From the NCBI GenBank assembly GCA_951406725.2, contig OX597817.1:27466001-27530000 (forward strand): a DNA stretch of 64,000 nt. Reading direction: 5' to 3'. Shown one piece after another: positions 13,053 through 29,412 of the stretch (its first letter is position 1; each line of letters starts with the position of its first letter). The position numbers and the translations under genes were made by a program. The notes below the pieces were generated by a model. It ran no database searches and was not told the origin of the DNA. It worked only from the letters and a program-made list of their open reading frames with translations. Origin of the DNA: Octopus vulgaris. Taxonomy: Eukaryota.

Positions 13053-15726
13053 AGTATTACACAGTGCAACTGCCTAAAAATTCTATCAGTATATTAAATG
13101 TACATTGATGTACATGACATCATTGAAACTTAGATTATTACTTTTATAAATTCAACTGGTAAGCTTTCCTTTTTAAGTAAATATATAATGCTGTTTCGAA
13201 TAAATGACAAAGCGAATCCCGTGTTAAACAACTCAGTAAACCTCACTTATTTGACTGGTATTGTAACAATCAACACTTCTTTACTCATAAAGTACTTATC
13301 TGTATGCTTATATAAACATAGATGCAGAGACATACACAGACGCATATTTTCTCGTCTTTTTCGTTTATATAGACAACATTTTAAACACATTCTATTCAGA
13401 TGTTAGACGATAGGATATCAGTAAGTGATCTGAGAGAAATTCAATTGCTACATGTTTCAGTCAGAGTGACTAGGCAAAAGGTTTCATTGGTTCGATACAA
13501 ATTTAGTTTTTGCATTCTCAGAGCAGTTGTGACCAACAAGACTATCCAGCCGTGACAATCCAGTTATTTTATACAAAACCTTTATTGCAGACGCAGGGTA
13601 CACACACACACATATATATATATACCCTGACGCCTTAACATCGTTTAAGTGATTTATTTCATCGATCCACGAAAGAAAATGCTTTTCGAGATTTGTTGGA
13701 TCTGAACACATCGTTTCTCATGTTAAACTGGAATGAATGTTTGATTTTGTCCATGATGTAACAGCTGAATGCGTAAAAGGAATGCATTTTTCACATGACT
13801 TCAAGATATCGTTATTCATTTGATATACGCGCATACGTTTCAAATTCTAAAATTGAATGAGAGATATCTGAATGCATACAAGTGATAGACCAAATGTCTA
13901 TGAAGCATAGTCTTCGCATATTTTTCAATTTATTGCTATGTCATATTTCTAAATTTCGAAGTACACTGAATAGAGTTTTGAAGTCACAAACGCTATCATG
14001 TTTTTAAATTGAAATGCTGTTTCTTTATTCTAATATATGTTTAAATGCAAACATCTATTGGTGTATTACTTGAGTAATTTTAGTAGCTACGAAATGTTGG
14101 TTCTGATAATGTATTTCTTTATAATGTAGCGTGGTGTTAAAATAGCGCTTTCATTATTGGCTATGTTAGTACTTATATTCCTGTCTACATACCACGATGA
14201 TATGATATGAAAATAATATTTGCAACACCAACGTATCATACAGTTTCCTTCTCAAATATAAATACACCCATTTAATAACAGGGAATCATGTACCAAAGTA
14301 GATGGCATCCTCTTTTTATGACAGGTATTTATTTCATTCATATTATATACGATAAAAGTTTAAAATGACCGCTTGGCATATCGATAAAGTTATTGACAAA
14401 TTTCACATACTCCACTCCCCATTTCGCCAACAAGTTTGTCATTAATAATATGAATTCGAATGTAGAAAATCGAGTTATTCAAAAGTTGAACACTTCCTCA
14501 ATTAATTTCAAAATAAGTAGCTATTAATTAGTATACTTATCGAGGAAATGGTAATTATGTGAGATTGAATTTGCAAAGTTTCAGCCATTCTATAAACCAA
14601 TTTATATTTACATCCTCGAAGTATTCGATAATGTTGTTATTTCACACCCACCACTTATACAATAATATATGTTGTTTTAAGCTATTGTCTTGTGGTTGTA
14701 ATTAGTTTGGTGTTGTTATGTGCATTGTTATTAACACCGTGTAGATCTATCTAGCAAAACATTTAACTTAGAAAATCAATAGTTATTTACTTACTTATTT
14801 ACTTTCATTACATATTGATAGATAATTATATATGTTCTGAGATTGATAAGACAGTGCAGATGGCTAAGTCTTTGAAGATACAGATCGCCAGTCGAAAATT
14901 TACCAGTATCTATCCTATCACTACAACTTCGTGTCTGTGACCAAGACAGTAATTTCTCGCATATGTAGACCTATTGGGTTGGAATATCATTAGATTACAT
15001 ATAATGACTTACTGTCTTTTTACAAAAGTGTAGGATGAGGTGAGAGGTAAATTGTATTGTTATCTTTACGTTACCGAACGACCATATAATTGCTCTTTAG
15101 TTGGTTCGTACTTGTATAAATTTTGTATATTTTTGACGTTCTAATTGTTATTGATTTTGTACACTATTCTCTGCAATTTAAACGTACCAATGTTGACATT
15201 ATTTTCATTCCTTTATTTTGGTATATATTCAGACGACCCCTTAATGATAAGATATACGATTAAAAGGAGTTCTTTTCTTAACTATAATTTATTATTTTAT
15301 AACAACTATATCAACTAATATCTCATTGTCTTTTGATAATGTTGGGTTGTGCTTTACAGATAAATTAGCTACTATTTCTAGCTAATCGAGTGAGTATCTA
15401 AAGGAATCCCTCGTTTGCTCGTAAGTACTAATGATGTTCATTGCTAAACGTTGTGGCGGAGTTCACGGCTGCAGCAATCGTATAGTTCACTATAAGTTTA
15501 ACATGTTTTGCTGTTGTAGATTCACATATTTAATCTGATACGTTATGTAATTCATACGACTGCAGGCTGTAAAGAGAGGGAAATGTATTAATATCTTTAA
15601 GCAGTCGAATGACTATTTAGTAGCTCATTTTTTGATTCGTACATGTAAGCATTTTGTACACTTTTGACATTTTAATTATTAATTCTGAACTTTTTCAAAT
15701 TCGTGGTTGATGTATGTATCGATACC

Positions 15727-16180
15727 TTAGTTAGTTAGTTAGTTAATTTTTTTGGCTCAAAAAGCAAAAAGCAAGGCCATGTAGGGGGACATGGAGTTAT
15801 GTACAGGGTGGTGTTCATGTAAAGAGTTCAGGCCACTTGAGGTCAAGGGAGACTTTGAACAAAACGGTCGTCGGCATCTTCACCATCTCGTCTGGCAGCT
15901 GGTTCCACGGATCCGCAACCCGGACGGAGAAAGCCCCTCTCCTTCGATTGAGATGAAATCGTCGCAGATAGAGCTTTTCGGAATGACCCCGCAGCCGACG
16001 CTCTGGAGCAGGAGTGAAGAACAGCTCTTTCGAGATGTTATACTTTCCGCTTATGATGTTGTGAGCGAGAATAAGATCACCACGGCGGCGGCGTTTTTCT
16101 AGAGAATAAAGGTCGAGTGTCTTCAGCCTTTCTTCATAAGACAAATTCTTGAGACCATGAACCATGCGGGTAGCCAGCTT
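15727..16180 (-). mobile_element. 5'-truncated CR1-like LINE: RT C-terminus, 3' UTR and (TAAC)n tail
   Basis: ORF 15815-16189(-) reads ATRMVHGLKNLSYEERLKTLDLYSLEKRRRRGDLI...RGHSEKL...AFSVRVADPWNQLP, the classic CR1-clade ORF2 C-terminus. It is followed by a short UTR and a (TAAC)n tail at 15727-15745. Confidence 0.9.
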
Positions 16181-16370
16181 TCCATCCATGGACAGCTGCG
16201 CTAGCTCTGTCTGTTATGCACTTGGTAAGAATATATTCAGGATGGCATTATCCATTGTATTCTACATGTTTAGGAAGTAAAACGGATTAAATGATATTTT
16301 ACGCCTTGTAGCCATATTTTTGGAGGAGATAAATTTTCAATGATGATCATGATCACGATCATGATAACTA

Positions 16371-17185
16371 TGAAAGCTTATCAACATCTTGGAAAGAAAG
16401 AAAAAAGTGAAACCACGAGGGAGGAGAAATATCAGGAACTAGAACGAAGATATAGGATAAAGAAAAGGGGCTAAATGTAGTTCTTGGAGAGCTGGAACAA
16501 AAATTGCAGGATAAAACGACAAAGATCAAGAGGTATGACCTAAGATTTGAACAATATAAAATCAACAAATTGTCCCAACAAGACCAGAAAAGGGTTTATC
16601 AACAGCTGAATGAAAAGGTTAACAGCAGTGAGAGATCAGACGCTGAAGAAAGTAAAAGGATTTGATGTAATATCTGGGATAATGGAAGGAAGCATAACAA
16701 AGATGCTAAATGGTTGAAGGAATTAAGGTCGGAAAACTATGAAGTGAAACAGAGTAATATTAGAATAACGACTGAAATTGTAACCAAACAGACACCAAAG
16801 ATCCCAAACTGGAAATGCCCCGGACCGGATGGGACACAAGGATATTGGCTGAAGAAGTTCCCAGCACAACAAAGAAGAATAAAAACGCAAATGGATAAAA
16901 TGATCAACAGCGGTGTACAAACCCGAAAGTGGCTGGCCACAGGCAAAACAATTCTTTGCCAAAAGGATCCCAGCAAAGGCAGTGCAGTGGATAATTATCG
17001 GTCTATCGCCTGTCTGCCCCTTATGTGGAAGCTGATGACAGGAATATCTAATTATGTGTATAACTTCCTGGAAATGAATGAAAAACTGCCAGTAGAGCAG
17101 AAAAGGGTGCAGAAGGAAAAGCCGAGGGACAAATGACCAACGACTGATAGACAGAATAGTACTGAACGACTGCAAGAAATGTCTA
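16371..17185 (+). mobile_element. R4/Dong-like non-LTR retrotransposon fragment (pre-RT region and RT N-terminus)
   Basis: ORF 16714-17136 reads PNWKCPGPDGTQGYWLK...WLATGKTILCQKDPSKGSAVDNYRSIACLPLMWKLMTGI...LPVEQK. The upstream frame reads KIKRYDLRFEQYKINKL...DQKRVYQQL. After a frameshift it continues [17 protein letters not shown]. Confidence 0.88.
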
Positions 17186-17229
17186 AAATGAAGTGTAATC
17201 CTTATGATAACCACGAGGTTGGGGATTTT

Positions 17230-17600
17230 AGCAAATGTGTCACGTCCGACAGATGTCCTGTGAAACAACAGCGCAGACCCGGTCGTAATTAAGCTACTGC
17301 TGACCCAAAACAGCAGAGGAGAGTAATATGAACAAAAGAGAACAGATTGCTGTTTGAATTTTATATTAGGAGTGAACCAGAGAATCGAGGCTACAGAAAA
17401 TGTTTACTAGAGCTCTGAGGAAAATATTACTTACATGATGAACTGAAGAATGTGAGTGAAGAAAGACTGACTGATTACATCAGACAAATTAAGATCAAGA
17501 AGTGGATAGAAAAGTTTGAACAAGAAGAAATAATAATTGCCGTGCGAAAGGGACTGCAAGTGGACTACGGTTCTCGAAGAAATATCCGCTGAACAAGAGA
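17230..17600 (+). mobile_element. R4/Dong-like element N-terminal ORF segment
   Basis: Translates to GRN*ATADPKQQRRVI*TKENRLLFEFYIRSEPENRGYRKCLLEL*...VSEERLTDYIRQIKIKKWIEKFEQEEI, which matches the N-terminal block of R4/Dong ORFs as I recall it (RxKWTxExN...ECY..S.P..RGYRKRM...EQRLxDQxRxI). Confidence 0.7.
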
Positions 17601-17699
17601 ATTAACAGCGCTTGGATGTTGAAGAAGGAAATGTACCGTCTACAAAATATTTTTGCAAATCTCAAACTGGAGAGTCAACGGAATAAATTAACTCACAAC

Positions 17700-19160
<1,461 letters not shown>

Positions 19161-19532
19161 ATAGGTCGGCTATTGATCAAAGCAGCAATTGGCAAAGAAA
19201 GGATCTCCTAATCGAAACTTAAGTCTCAGCAGATGATAATTATGAAATATGGTGTATCTGTAAAGAAATAAAGCATTGATTGAAACTAGAAGTAGAGATA
19301 TGCTGTATTTGTGAATTGTAAATACAAACGATAACAAACTGAGAAATGATGACATTGCAAATATGGGCAACACACATGGTATAGTGATAGTAGCATTACA
19401 CATCTATAATGAATAGATATATTGAATACAACTGAGTTGTTCTCCTCATCTTAGAAAGTAATAATAGACCACTGAAAAGATAATAGTTATTGAAATAATT
19501 ACAAATGTGATTACTATTATAACTCTAATACT

Positions 19533-19720
19533 ACAATGTGAAGTATATTTGCCACTTAAATGTGACTAACCACTAAGGGTTGATGCTACTGTAGCTTGTA
19601 GCCCCAGGAGAACATCTTCTCCAGCTGGCTATTGACACACTTTCTGTGCCCTATCAGTATTTGCAAAGGGAAGCCATCCTTACCATCGTCGACCTGACGT
19701 GATACCTCGTTCAGAGATTT
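19533..19720. mobile_element. Dispersed repeat family B (PLE pseudo-LTR-like), copy 1
   Basis: Shares GTGAAGTATATTTGCCACTTAAATGTG...GATGCTACTGTAGCTTGTAGCCCCAGGAG...CCTGACGTGATAC with the copies at 50985, 51343 and 58290. It ends in ATACCTCGTTCAGAGATTT, the reverse complement of the start of the 58290 copy. Confidence 0.75.
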
Positions 19721-20570
19721 ATTATATAATACTACAAATATTTATTATCATAACCATTAATGTTAATATCATCATCACCATCGATATTACTCAACTTTAT
19801 CATATGTTCTTACATGCGAGATATTTGCGATCATTTTCATTTAGCCTTCCTCCCCTGTTTTGCCTTATTTTTTCCCTACATCACGTTGTAGTTGTCTTGC
19901 TTTTCTTATTTTTCTATATCACTTCACTCATCCTCATATTCGTAACACATTCCGATCGTCAGAAAAATGCAATTATTTTATAACTAATAACATTCATTCG
20001 ATGTTCCGGGTGGGCATAAAAAAGTCACGGGATTTCAGTTGGAAAGAAATCTGGCAATGGTCAATGTAGACTGCTTGCCCGAAGCTACTCTGACTCTGAG
20101 ATCAATGTACTTTCTGGAAAGTCGATTATTGCTATTTTAGATAAAGGGAGTTACAGATCACCTTTAAATGCCAACAGTAATCCAACCAGAGGTCAGTTTA
20201 TTTACAAATATACACGGATGTACGCTTATAATCATGTTTAGCGTTATACACTAACATACCAGATGAGAAATCAAATGCATACATAGTTCCATGTATTCAT
20301 ACATATACAAAAATTACGCTAGCACAAGCGCAAGAATACACATACATGCTTATATATAATATATGCATACAGTATATTTCATATTCGTATGTGTGTGGGC
20401 GTGCATGTGTCATATAAATTTATATGTAAAATGTAAGTATACATGTGTATATAATACATACTTATCTATACCCACATCTATGTACTCACACGCACATACA
20501 CACACACTCTCACGCACAAACACATTCACACACACATAATAGTGAGTGTGCATCTATTTATGTACATACG

Positions 20571-20964
20571 TTGGAGGCGCAATGGCCCAGTGGTTAGGGC
20601 AGCGGACTCGCGGTCGTAGGATTGCGGTTTCGATTCCCCGACCGGGCGTTGTGAGTGTTTATTGAGCGAAAACACCTAAAGCTCCACGAAAACACCTAAG
20701 GCTCCGGCAGGGGATGGTGGTGATCCCTGCTGTACTCTTTCACCACAACTTTATCTCCCTCTTACTTCCTGTTTCTGTTGTACCTGTATTTCAAAGGGCC
20801 GGCCTTGTCACTCTCTGTGTCACGCTGAATATTCCCGAGAACTACGTTAAGGGTACACGTGTCTGTGGAGTGCTCAGCCACTTACACGTTAATTTCACGA
20901 GCAGGCTGTTCCGTTGATCGGATCAACCGGACCCTCGTCGTCGTAACCGACGGAGTGCTTCCAC
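20571..20964 (+). mobile_element. tRNA-derived SINE, family A copy 3
   Basis: Full-length and near-identical to copies 1 and 2. 11-bp TSD ATGTACATACG at 20560-20570 and 20965-20975. Small internal duplication of GAAAACACCTAA. Confidence 0.92.
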
Positions 20965-21099
20965 ATGTACATACGCACATGCATAGATATCCAACTTTTA
21001 GAGTATACTAATATATTTGTGTATGTGCATGATCTGTGTGTGCGTGTGTGTGTGTGCGCGCGCGCGCGCGCGTGTGTGTGTGCTTAAGAGAGAGATAGA

Positions 21100-21265
21100 G
21101 AGACAGAGTCGCAAGTTTGGTTGTATGTTTTAGAGGCTCGTATTGCAACTACTTGGCTTCTGGAACAGACTTGCTTTGTGTCACTTTAAGCAAGTGACTT
21201 CTTCTGCAGCTCCGGATCGAACATGGCCATGTTAGTGAATTTGGAAACTGTGTGGAAACCCATCA
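21100..21265 (+). mobile_element. Decayed SINE family C fragment
   Basis: Diverged match (CACTTTAAGCAAGTGACTTCTTCTGCAGCTCCGG...GTGAATTTGGAAACTG) to the SINE at 59340. Confidence 0.5.
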
Positions 21266-21353
21266 TATTCTAGTGTGTGCGTATGTGTGTGAGATTGTGT
21301 GTATATTAGTGTGTGAATGTACATGTGCTTATATATATATATATATATGTATG

Positions 21354-21400
<47 letters not shown>

Positions 21401-21405
<5 letters not shown>

Positions 21406-21721
21406 GAAAGAATGGAGTTGAACGACTAGTTAACAAATATCCTTTATTCTCGACATATGTTTCGAAGGCTGCATATTCCTAATTCCGACCATGCAGCCTT
21501 CGAAACATATGTCGAGAATAAAGGATACTTGTTAACTAGTCGTTCAACTCCATTCTTTCATATACTTATAATTTTAAAATAAACATACAAATTTCCGCAC
21601 GAAGACACGTAGTCTATGCCCTAGGGACGTAGCTTCAACCGTGTTCTTTCTGATGTGAATTTGCTACCCAGGTATCGGTATCTTTCGAATTATCCTTAAT
21701 AAGATAATTCATTCATTTACT

Positions 21722-21724
<3 letters not shown>
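21401..21724 (+). mobile_element. Fold-back PLE-like insertion in (TA)n carrying the 3' half of a hammerhead motif
   Basis: 74-bp inverted arms at 21401-21474 and 21491-21564 (one mismatch) with a 16-nt spacer. Each arm has GAAA-CATATG-TC with a palindromic stem III (ACATATGT). Flanked on both sides by (TA)n. Confidence 0.7.
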
Positions 21725-21784
<60 letters not shown>

Positions 21785-21805
21785 GTATATATAAGCACAT
21801 GTACA

Positions 21806-21926
<121 letters not shown>

Positions 21927-22218
21927 GTATGCATATATGTATTTAACATACAAACATATCCATGCATTTGTAGGCTATTGTCGAATGCGAACATTTCAGA
22001 CAACACGCACAAATGTTTATACATATCCAAACACTGATACATAGAAGCGCACCTACACTTATATATATAAAGTTAGTACTTCACACACATTCCGAAACAA
22101 ATGCTAAAAAAATCAATCTCCAAAAATATTCGCACGCAAATGCATAATAACATACTCGTGCAAACAAGTGACATAGTTTGATACATTCTATCGGAGACTT
22201 TCACACAGATGCACGTAA

Positions 22219-22249
<31 letters not shown>

Positions 22250-22716
22250 CTGCAGAGCTATTCACCTTTGTGATATTTGAAGGCAAGAATTGCCTGAAGC
22301 TATACAGCAAACAAGCTGGCGAAATTATCGAGGCAGTTGACCGGATATATTAATTACCTGACCGTAGCGTTCAAATTGTTGGCATTGATACTTAATTCGT
22401 AGCCGCAAGATGTATATTTCCCCACCCACGAGTTATGTACTATGGCTTCATTACTGGAGTCCGTTTTATTTTGAAGTTTCTCGTCGAAAATAGTCTTGAA
22501 CGTTGCAACAATAGCTTTTAAATACGATGCATTAACAATAGTACAAATATTGTATTTTTTGAGGATACATACCATTTTATTGTATCTTAACTTTTCACCG
22601 TGTATAGCATTTCTTAACCATAGTAGTTACGGGTCTTCATTCTTTGGTTTTGTAGTTCCTGCTTCTATGGTCATATCCTGCAGCATGTTAGTCTCCGTCT
22701 GTCTGTCTGTCTTTCT

Positions 22717-22757
<41 letters not shown>

Positions 22758-24829
22758 GCACTTTCACTATCACTTTATCTATCTACCTGTTTTTCTATCT
22801 ATCGTGTTTCCTGGTGATTTAAAATGAATCCAAATATGTTCCATAGTTACAAGACGATAGTAATAAAAGTTACTGCAAACTATACATTGATTAAAGACTT
22901 CTTAATGAAAAGACATCTAATACTTTACGCAGCTTTCACCATATAACGTTGAAGAAACTAGCTAATGTCTATCTTGGTACTACAAAACTCCTAATATCAT
23001 TCATTCTCGAATTATTTTTGTTTTCCAACTTGACCGTGTCCGCAAGCCTGTTCCTAAGATTTTAAATCGATGAACCAAACGGTGTGGTACTAGACAAAGA
23101 TTAATGCGGGCTTACCAGAAACGAGACATATACCTGTTTTATGATCGAAGTCTAATGTTAGGATCTCTTTCAATTTGGTGATAGATAATATAATTTAAAT
23201 CAATTTTTGGTTGTTAATTCGTTTCTTTTTCTTCGCGTATTAAGCTTGAATGGCATTTGTTCAAAATGTATTGTTTCCTGGATATAAAAAAAAAACATTG
23301 GTAATTCAGATTTATCATGTCAGTCGTTAAAAACACCAAAATATCAGAATTACTACGTTATAGCTTCACGTATTATCAGAAGCAACCAGATGTATTTGTG
23401 ACAAACAGATTTACACAATGAATACTTATTTCAATTAGTTCTAAATTCGCACTTTGTTTTGTAAATTCCCAGAAATATTATCCGTGTCCATAAATCCTTC
23501 AAGTATTTCTGTATACTATATAGAGAGTAAAAATTGAATTTTTACGAGTTTCTATTTGACATGCTTTATTAATTTACTTCGAAATTATCTTATAAGCAAT
23601 TGTATTAGGCTGAGTTATCAGCCACTGACATTCTGCAATGTAAGAATGAAATAGACTGCGATGTTAAACATCATGAATCCAAATATATTATCTCCTTATG
23701 CATGCTGATTTCTATTTAGTTAGTTTATATCTTGTAATCTTTAACTAAACGAATCTTATTTATTCCTTTCTTTGTGTTTATCATCTTCATTATGATATTC
23801 CAGCCAACAGGAGATATGAAAATCAAATAGTATACGCGCTTTGTTAATTTTTAGTTTCCAGTGTTGCACACCACTGAATAATTTCCGCCTGTTTGCTTGC
23901 ATATAACTTGTAAATGTTTATTTACCCAATTACGCAAAATTTCACATGAATTATACAAATTAAAGTCGCAAATTATGACTAAAATCTTCAATCTACAATA
24001 AACTTAATACCATTCATTTTTTCCTTTAAACTTTTAAATTTGGATATATTAATCGGTTACCGATTCCTCTCAAACTTTAAAATTCGGATATATTAATCGG
24101 TGACCAATGCATACGTTTTGAGAAATCTCGATAATGTTTGCACATGCATTTGGACAAAGACTAGCAACAGTTTCTGTATGTATAAAAGTGTTTCATTCAC
24201 ATCAATGTCAGATCCAACATTGGTTAATGTTTTGAGTTTTTACCTTCTCAATTTAGATGCGTTGTTTTAGAAATTTCTGTCACGATATTCTTTGCGAATT
24301 ACTTGTACTTCTTCAGTCAGAAAACAAATGGATAATACTTGAAATTAACTAGCGTTTACAGACACTTGAGACAGAATATGACAACCCAGGTATATCAGTA
24401 TTAAGTTCAAACATATATGAAAACGAATGTTCCTTTTGAAAATAGTGGGCCTATACAAAAGGGAATCAAAGAATCTAATGCACACTTAGTGTTATAAATT
24501 AATATTTTAGAAAAATACAGGAAAGTGTTTGCTTACACCTCTGTTCCAAAGAACTCAGTTGGAGGAGCACATACATAACGTGTACACATACACTAATCCG
24601 CATAAGGAAGGCGATTTTTTCAAATGTCATTTTTATATGGTAAATTCTGAACATTTATTTCGGCGACGTAAGTTTGAATATTCCAAGACATGTTGGTTTA
24701 TAGCTCAGACCCAAATTGCAAGTAAACTTTCAACTTTCCCTGAGAAGAGAGTCCAGAATGCAGCTGCGTTGAATGCCGTGGGTGGCAGTTGCAAGCAATT
24801 GTCATGAAAACTGAAATGCTTAGGAGGGG

Positions 24830-25080
24830 GTAAACGCTACAGTGACGCATGTGTCATGGAGAGAAACGTGTGGAATGGCCAATGCCTCTTGGTTTGTGGT
24901 GCTACAGGCCTGAATCAGAGAACTGGACCACATATGTGTGTGTGTGTCAGTGTGTGAAGGCTAGCGGGCTCATGCAATGATAATTTCTGCCTAATTTATC
25001 GACTGAATTCCACTAGGTGGGCAGATATCATTTGCTCATTGCTAGTAGCATCGACAGCAGACCCATAAGATTATGAACAG
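24830..25080 (+). mobile_element. Tc1-like transposase remnant
   Basis: KRYSDACVMERNVWNGQCLLVCGATGLNQRTGP resembles ERYADxCVxERDRFGGGSVMVWxGI. Downstream xHRQQTH/HDxxRPH-like trace (cf. FQHDNARPH). Confidence 0.55.
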
Positions 25081-26808
25081 AGTATATAGCCATCTATTCT
25101 TACACTCGAAACTTACTATCAATAACAGCCATTTTAAGTGAAAAGCTTAGTCATTATTTTGTGTGTGTGTGTGTGTGTGTGGAACAGGTTTCCGTAACAG
25201 TAGTATTAACATAAAAGTATCATAGCGTATCATATCAATTTCTGAGTATTGATTATTATCATTTAAAGCATATATTAAAATAACATGGAGCGTATGGCTT
25301 CATGTTCCATAGATTCAACGAGCACAATGTTTTACTTCTTATTTAAACAACACACAATTACGAAGAATATTTCAGAAGTGATAAATGTCGATTACAAATT
25401 ACATTCACATTTATCTCTTTGATTCTTTCACAATCTGTTTCTCATTCATTGAGAGAATTTCTGTTGTAATTAACCGGTATCAAATCTTTCATAAATATCT
25501 CGTTTCCATTTAATGACATGCTCCTCTGTTTACAAATATCATTTACCATTTTCTAACAACATATTAATTGACAATTTGAGCAAGTTATTCCGTATTCGTC
25601 AAGTTGGGCTAGAATATATGTGTTCAGATCAGCTTATTATCGACAACTTCATTCTTCTTTGTGAAAATGAGTCTAATTTATGAATTCTGTCATTTTGCAG
25701 ATACAGCTTTTGAATCCGTAAAATTACAACTTAACAACTCATTAGTAATCTTTCATCAGAAACAACGATAGTTAACCAAATAGCAGACGTCCTACTTAAT
25801 TACCCGTTAAATTTGTGTGGTGAAGAAGTGAAACTATGCATATCACAAAAGTAAACATTGAATTCACAGATTGTATAACACACTAAACTATATAACCTAC
25901 TGGTGTAAACCTATGACTCTCCATCTCATGCCCAAATATGTTTCATTTAAGTATCCAGGAAAAGATATTTAATAAATGATTCACAGTGGAAATGGGTTTT
26001 GTTAAGTTAGCCCTTTTATGAAACGTTAACCCTTTGATCCTTTCTGTGTAATCTCTAAAACCATCTCGCTATATTTTGTTCAGTGACGTAGATAAAATAT
26101 CAACCCTAAGATCCATTCTGATTAACTTCTAAATCTAGTTACTTTCTTCTCTGTATTTATTACTTAATGTTTCTGTAGAAAGGAGCAGTAACCATTGTAT
26201 CTTGCATCTTCGACCAGTGCTATTGATGCCATTAATGTTCCTATTGAAAATTTGTATGTCTACACATGTGAAAAAACCATGAGGAAAAAGGAGTTCCAAA
26301 AGACTGACATTCTAGCCAAGAAGGTCTGGCCCCAGTTACTAGGACTAAATTTCATGAGTTAAATGCATAAAGGTTGACGAGAGGAGGAGAGTTTGTGGTG
26401 CGACAATAATTCTTTGGCTAGCGCCAAGGAGAAAAGGCCATTCTTTTATCAATAGAAAATACATGGAGAAGAGACAATGTACACGCGAGACAAAGATTAA
26501 ATTGCGTCTGTGAGCAATTTTACGCGAATCCGATGGGTAACCCAATTTTGGATGCAGTCTAGGATATCTATATGTGTAGGAGCAGCACCGTCTCCTATGC
26601 GAGCGCTATAGTTTATCAAACAACAGTCATGAGATAGCATACTCGATAGGTTAAGGAAGTCCAAAAAGTGATCTTGGGTAATAGTGAGAACTAAAAATTG
26701 GAGCGTTGTTATGGATCTAGTTGCAAGCTATTCAGAGTCAAGGGCTCTGCAGGGCGAAGATGCATTCTTGACATATCAATGTATGTATCCATATACACAC
26801 ATGCACAT

Positions 26809-28010
<1,202 letters not shown>

Positions 28011-28182
28011 TATGTTTTAATAATTACTGGTATTTTTATATTTTATATATTATATATGTTATGATATGTTATACATGTATGTATATTGTTATAATTGTTT
28101 TTTTAAATATATAAATAGACATAATATAATGCCTAAAAGTTGCTAAATACCACATCTTCATCCCCTCGATTTTTTCTTTTTG

Positions 28183-28227
<45 letters not shown>

Positions 28228-28598
28228 AGCGTGTTTGTATTAATAAAGATAAATATATATGCATATATGTGTATATATGTACTGATATTTATATATGAGA
28301 GTGTGTGTGTAATATGTTGTTTTGTGTTAACAAACATTATATTCTCTGAAGTAAGGTTGGTATGAACCATATTACAAATAATCTAGTTTTCTTCTATGTC
28401 ATTCTATGGGATATTGCGGAGTGGCTGTGATGAATAGATTTCAAATAACTTTCATCAGTAGAAAACAATACGAATTGTAAAGCAGGAGACTTAATGATCA
28501 ATAGCGTTTCAAGTGTATGTCCAATTCTCACCATATTGTTATTTGTATATAGGATAATACTTGTGTAGCTAAGCATAAAATAAATAAAAGTGAATACC

Positions 28599-28765
28599 TA
28601 TTTCTTTACTACCCACAAGGGGCTATACACAGAGGAGACAAACAAGGGCATACAAACGGATTAAGTCGATTATCATCGACCCCAGTGTGTAACTGGTACT
28701 TAATTTATCGTCCCCGAAAGGATGAAAGGCAAAGTCGACCTCGGCGGAATTTGAACTCAGAACGA
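28599..28765 (-). mobile_element. SINE family D (Nin/MESC-domain-like), partial
   Basis: Minus strand: TTCTGAGTTCAAATTCCGCCGAGGTCGACTTTGCCTTTCATCCTTTCGGGGACGATAAATTAAGTACCAGTT...CCCCTTGTGGGTAGTAAAGAAATA. Related copies at 29203, 54560 and 55500. Confidence 0.8.
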
Positions 28766-29202
28766 AGTGAATACCTGCTTTATGATGAGTAGAATAAGGG
28801 TAATTTTTATCATTTGAATGAAACATTTTAGAAGAAAAAGTATTATGTACCAGATGGTATGATTACATCACGTGTATATTTTTTAAATACGATTTTCAAT
28901 AGGCCATAGCGTTAATCTTTACTAACGGTATTATTACAAGATTACTTGGTTATTATAAAACCTTAGTTTAGGATTGCTTGCATTTTAAATGAAGGTGTTG
29001 TAAAATTACTACGTACCACAAGAAGTTGCAGTTATACATCCAATATGTCTGTATTTATAATAAATTTGTTGATGTCTGCGCAATCTGCCGATTATCGATA
29101 ATCTCTCTGACATTGGATCATAGCTGGGGGGAACTTTTCGGGTTTTACTGAAAATGATGTATGTGATAACACAAATCAAAGGATGATATTTGTTGTGAGG
29201 GG

Positions 29203-29412
29203 AAGGCGGCGAGATGGCAGTATCGTTAGCACACCGGGCCTAGTGCTTAGCGGCATTTCGTCCGTCTGTACATTCTGAGTTCAAACTACACCGAGGCTAG
29301 CGTTGCTTCTCAAAAACTAAATATGATAAAATAAGTACCAGTTGAACACTGGAGATGATACAATCAATATAGTCCCTCCCCCTAAATTGCTGGCCTTGTG
29401 CCAAAATTTGAA
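29203..29412 (+). mobile_element. SINE family D copy
   Basis: AAGGCGGCGAGATGGCAGTATCGTTAGCAC...CTGAGTTCAAA...GATAAAATAAGTACCAGTTGAACACTGG...TGCTGGCCTTGTGCCAAAATTTGAA. Confidence 0.75.

Noticed and set aside
15791-16102. 103-aa plus-strand ORF
   Set aside because: Antisense shadow of the CR1 RT C-terminus.
16723-17268. 181-aa minus-strand ORF
   Set aside because: Antisense shadow of the R4/Dong RT fragment.
26280-26790. GC-richer block that might be an exon or an old PLE
   Set aside because: No sustained ORF or splice-consistent frame, and motif similarity is too faint.
28425-28465. Minus-strand CTGATGA...GAAA match
   Set aside because: Stems I and III do not form.
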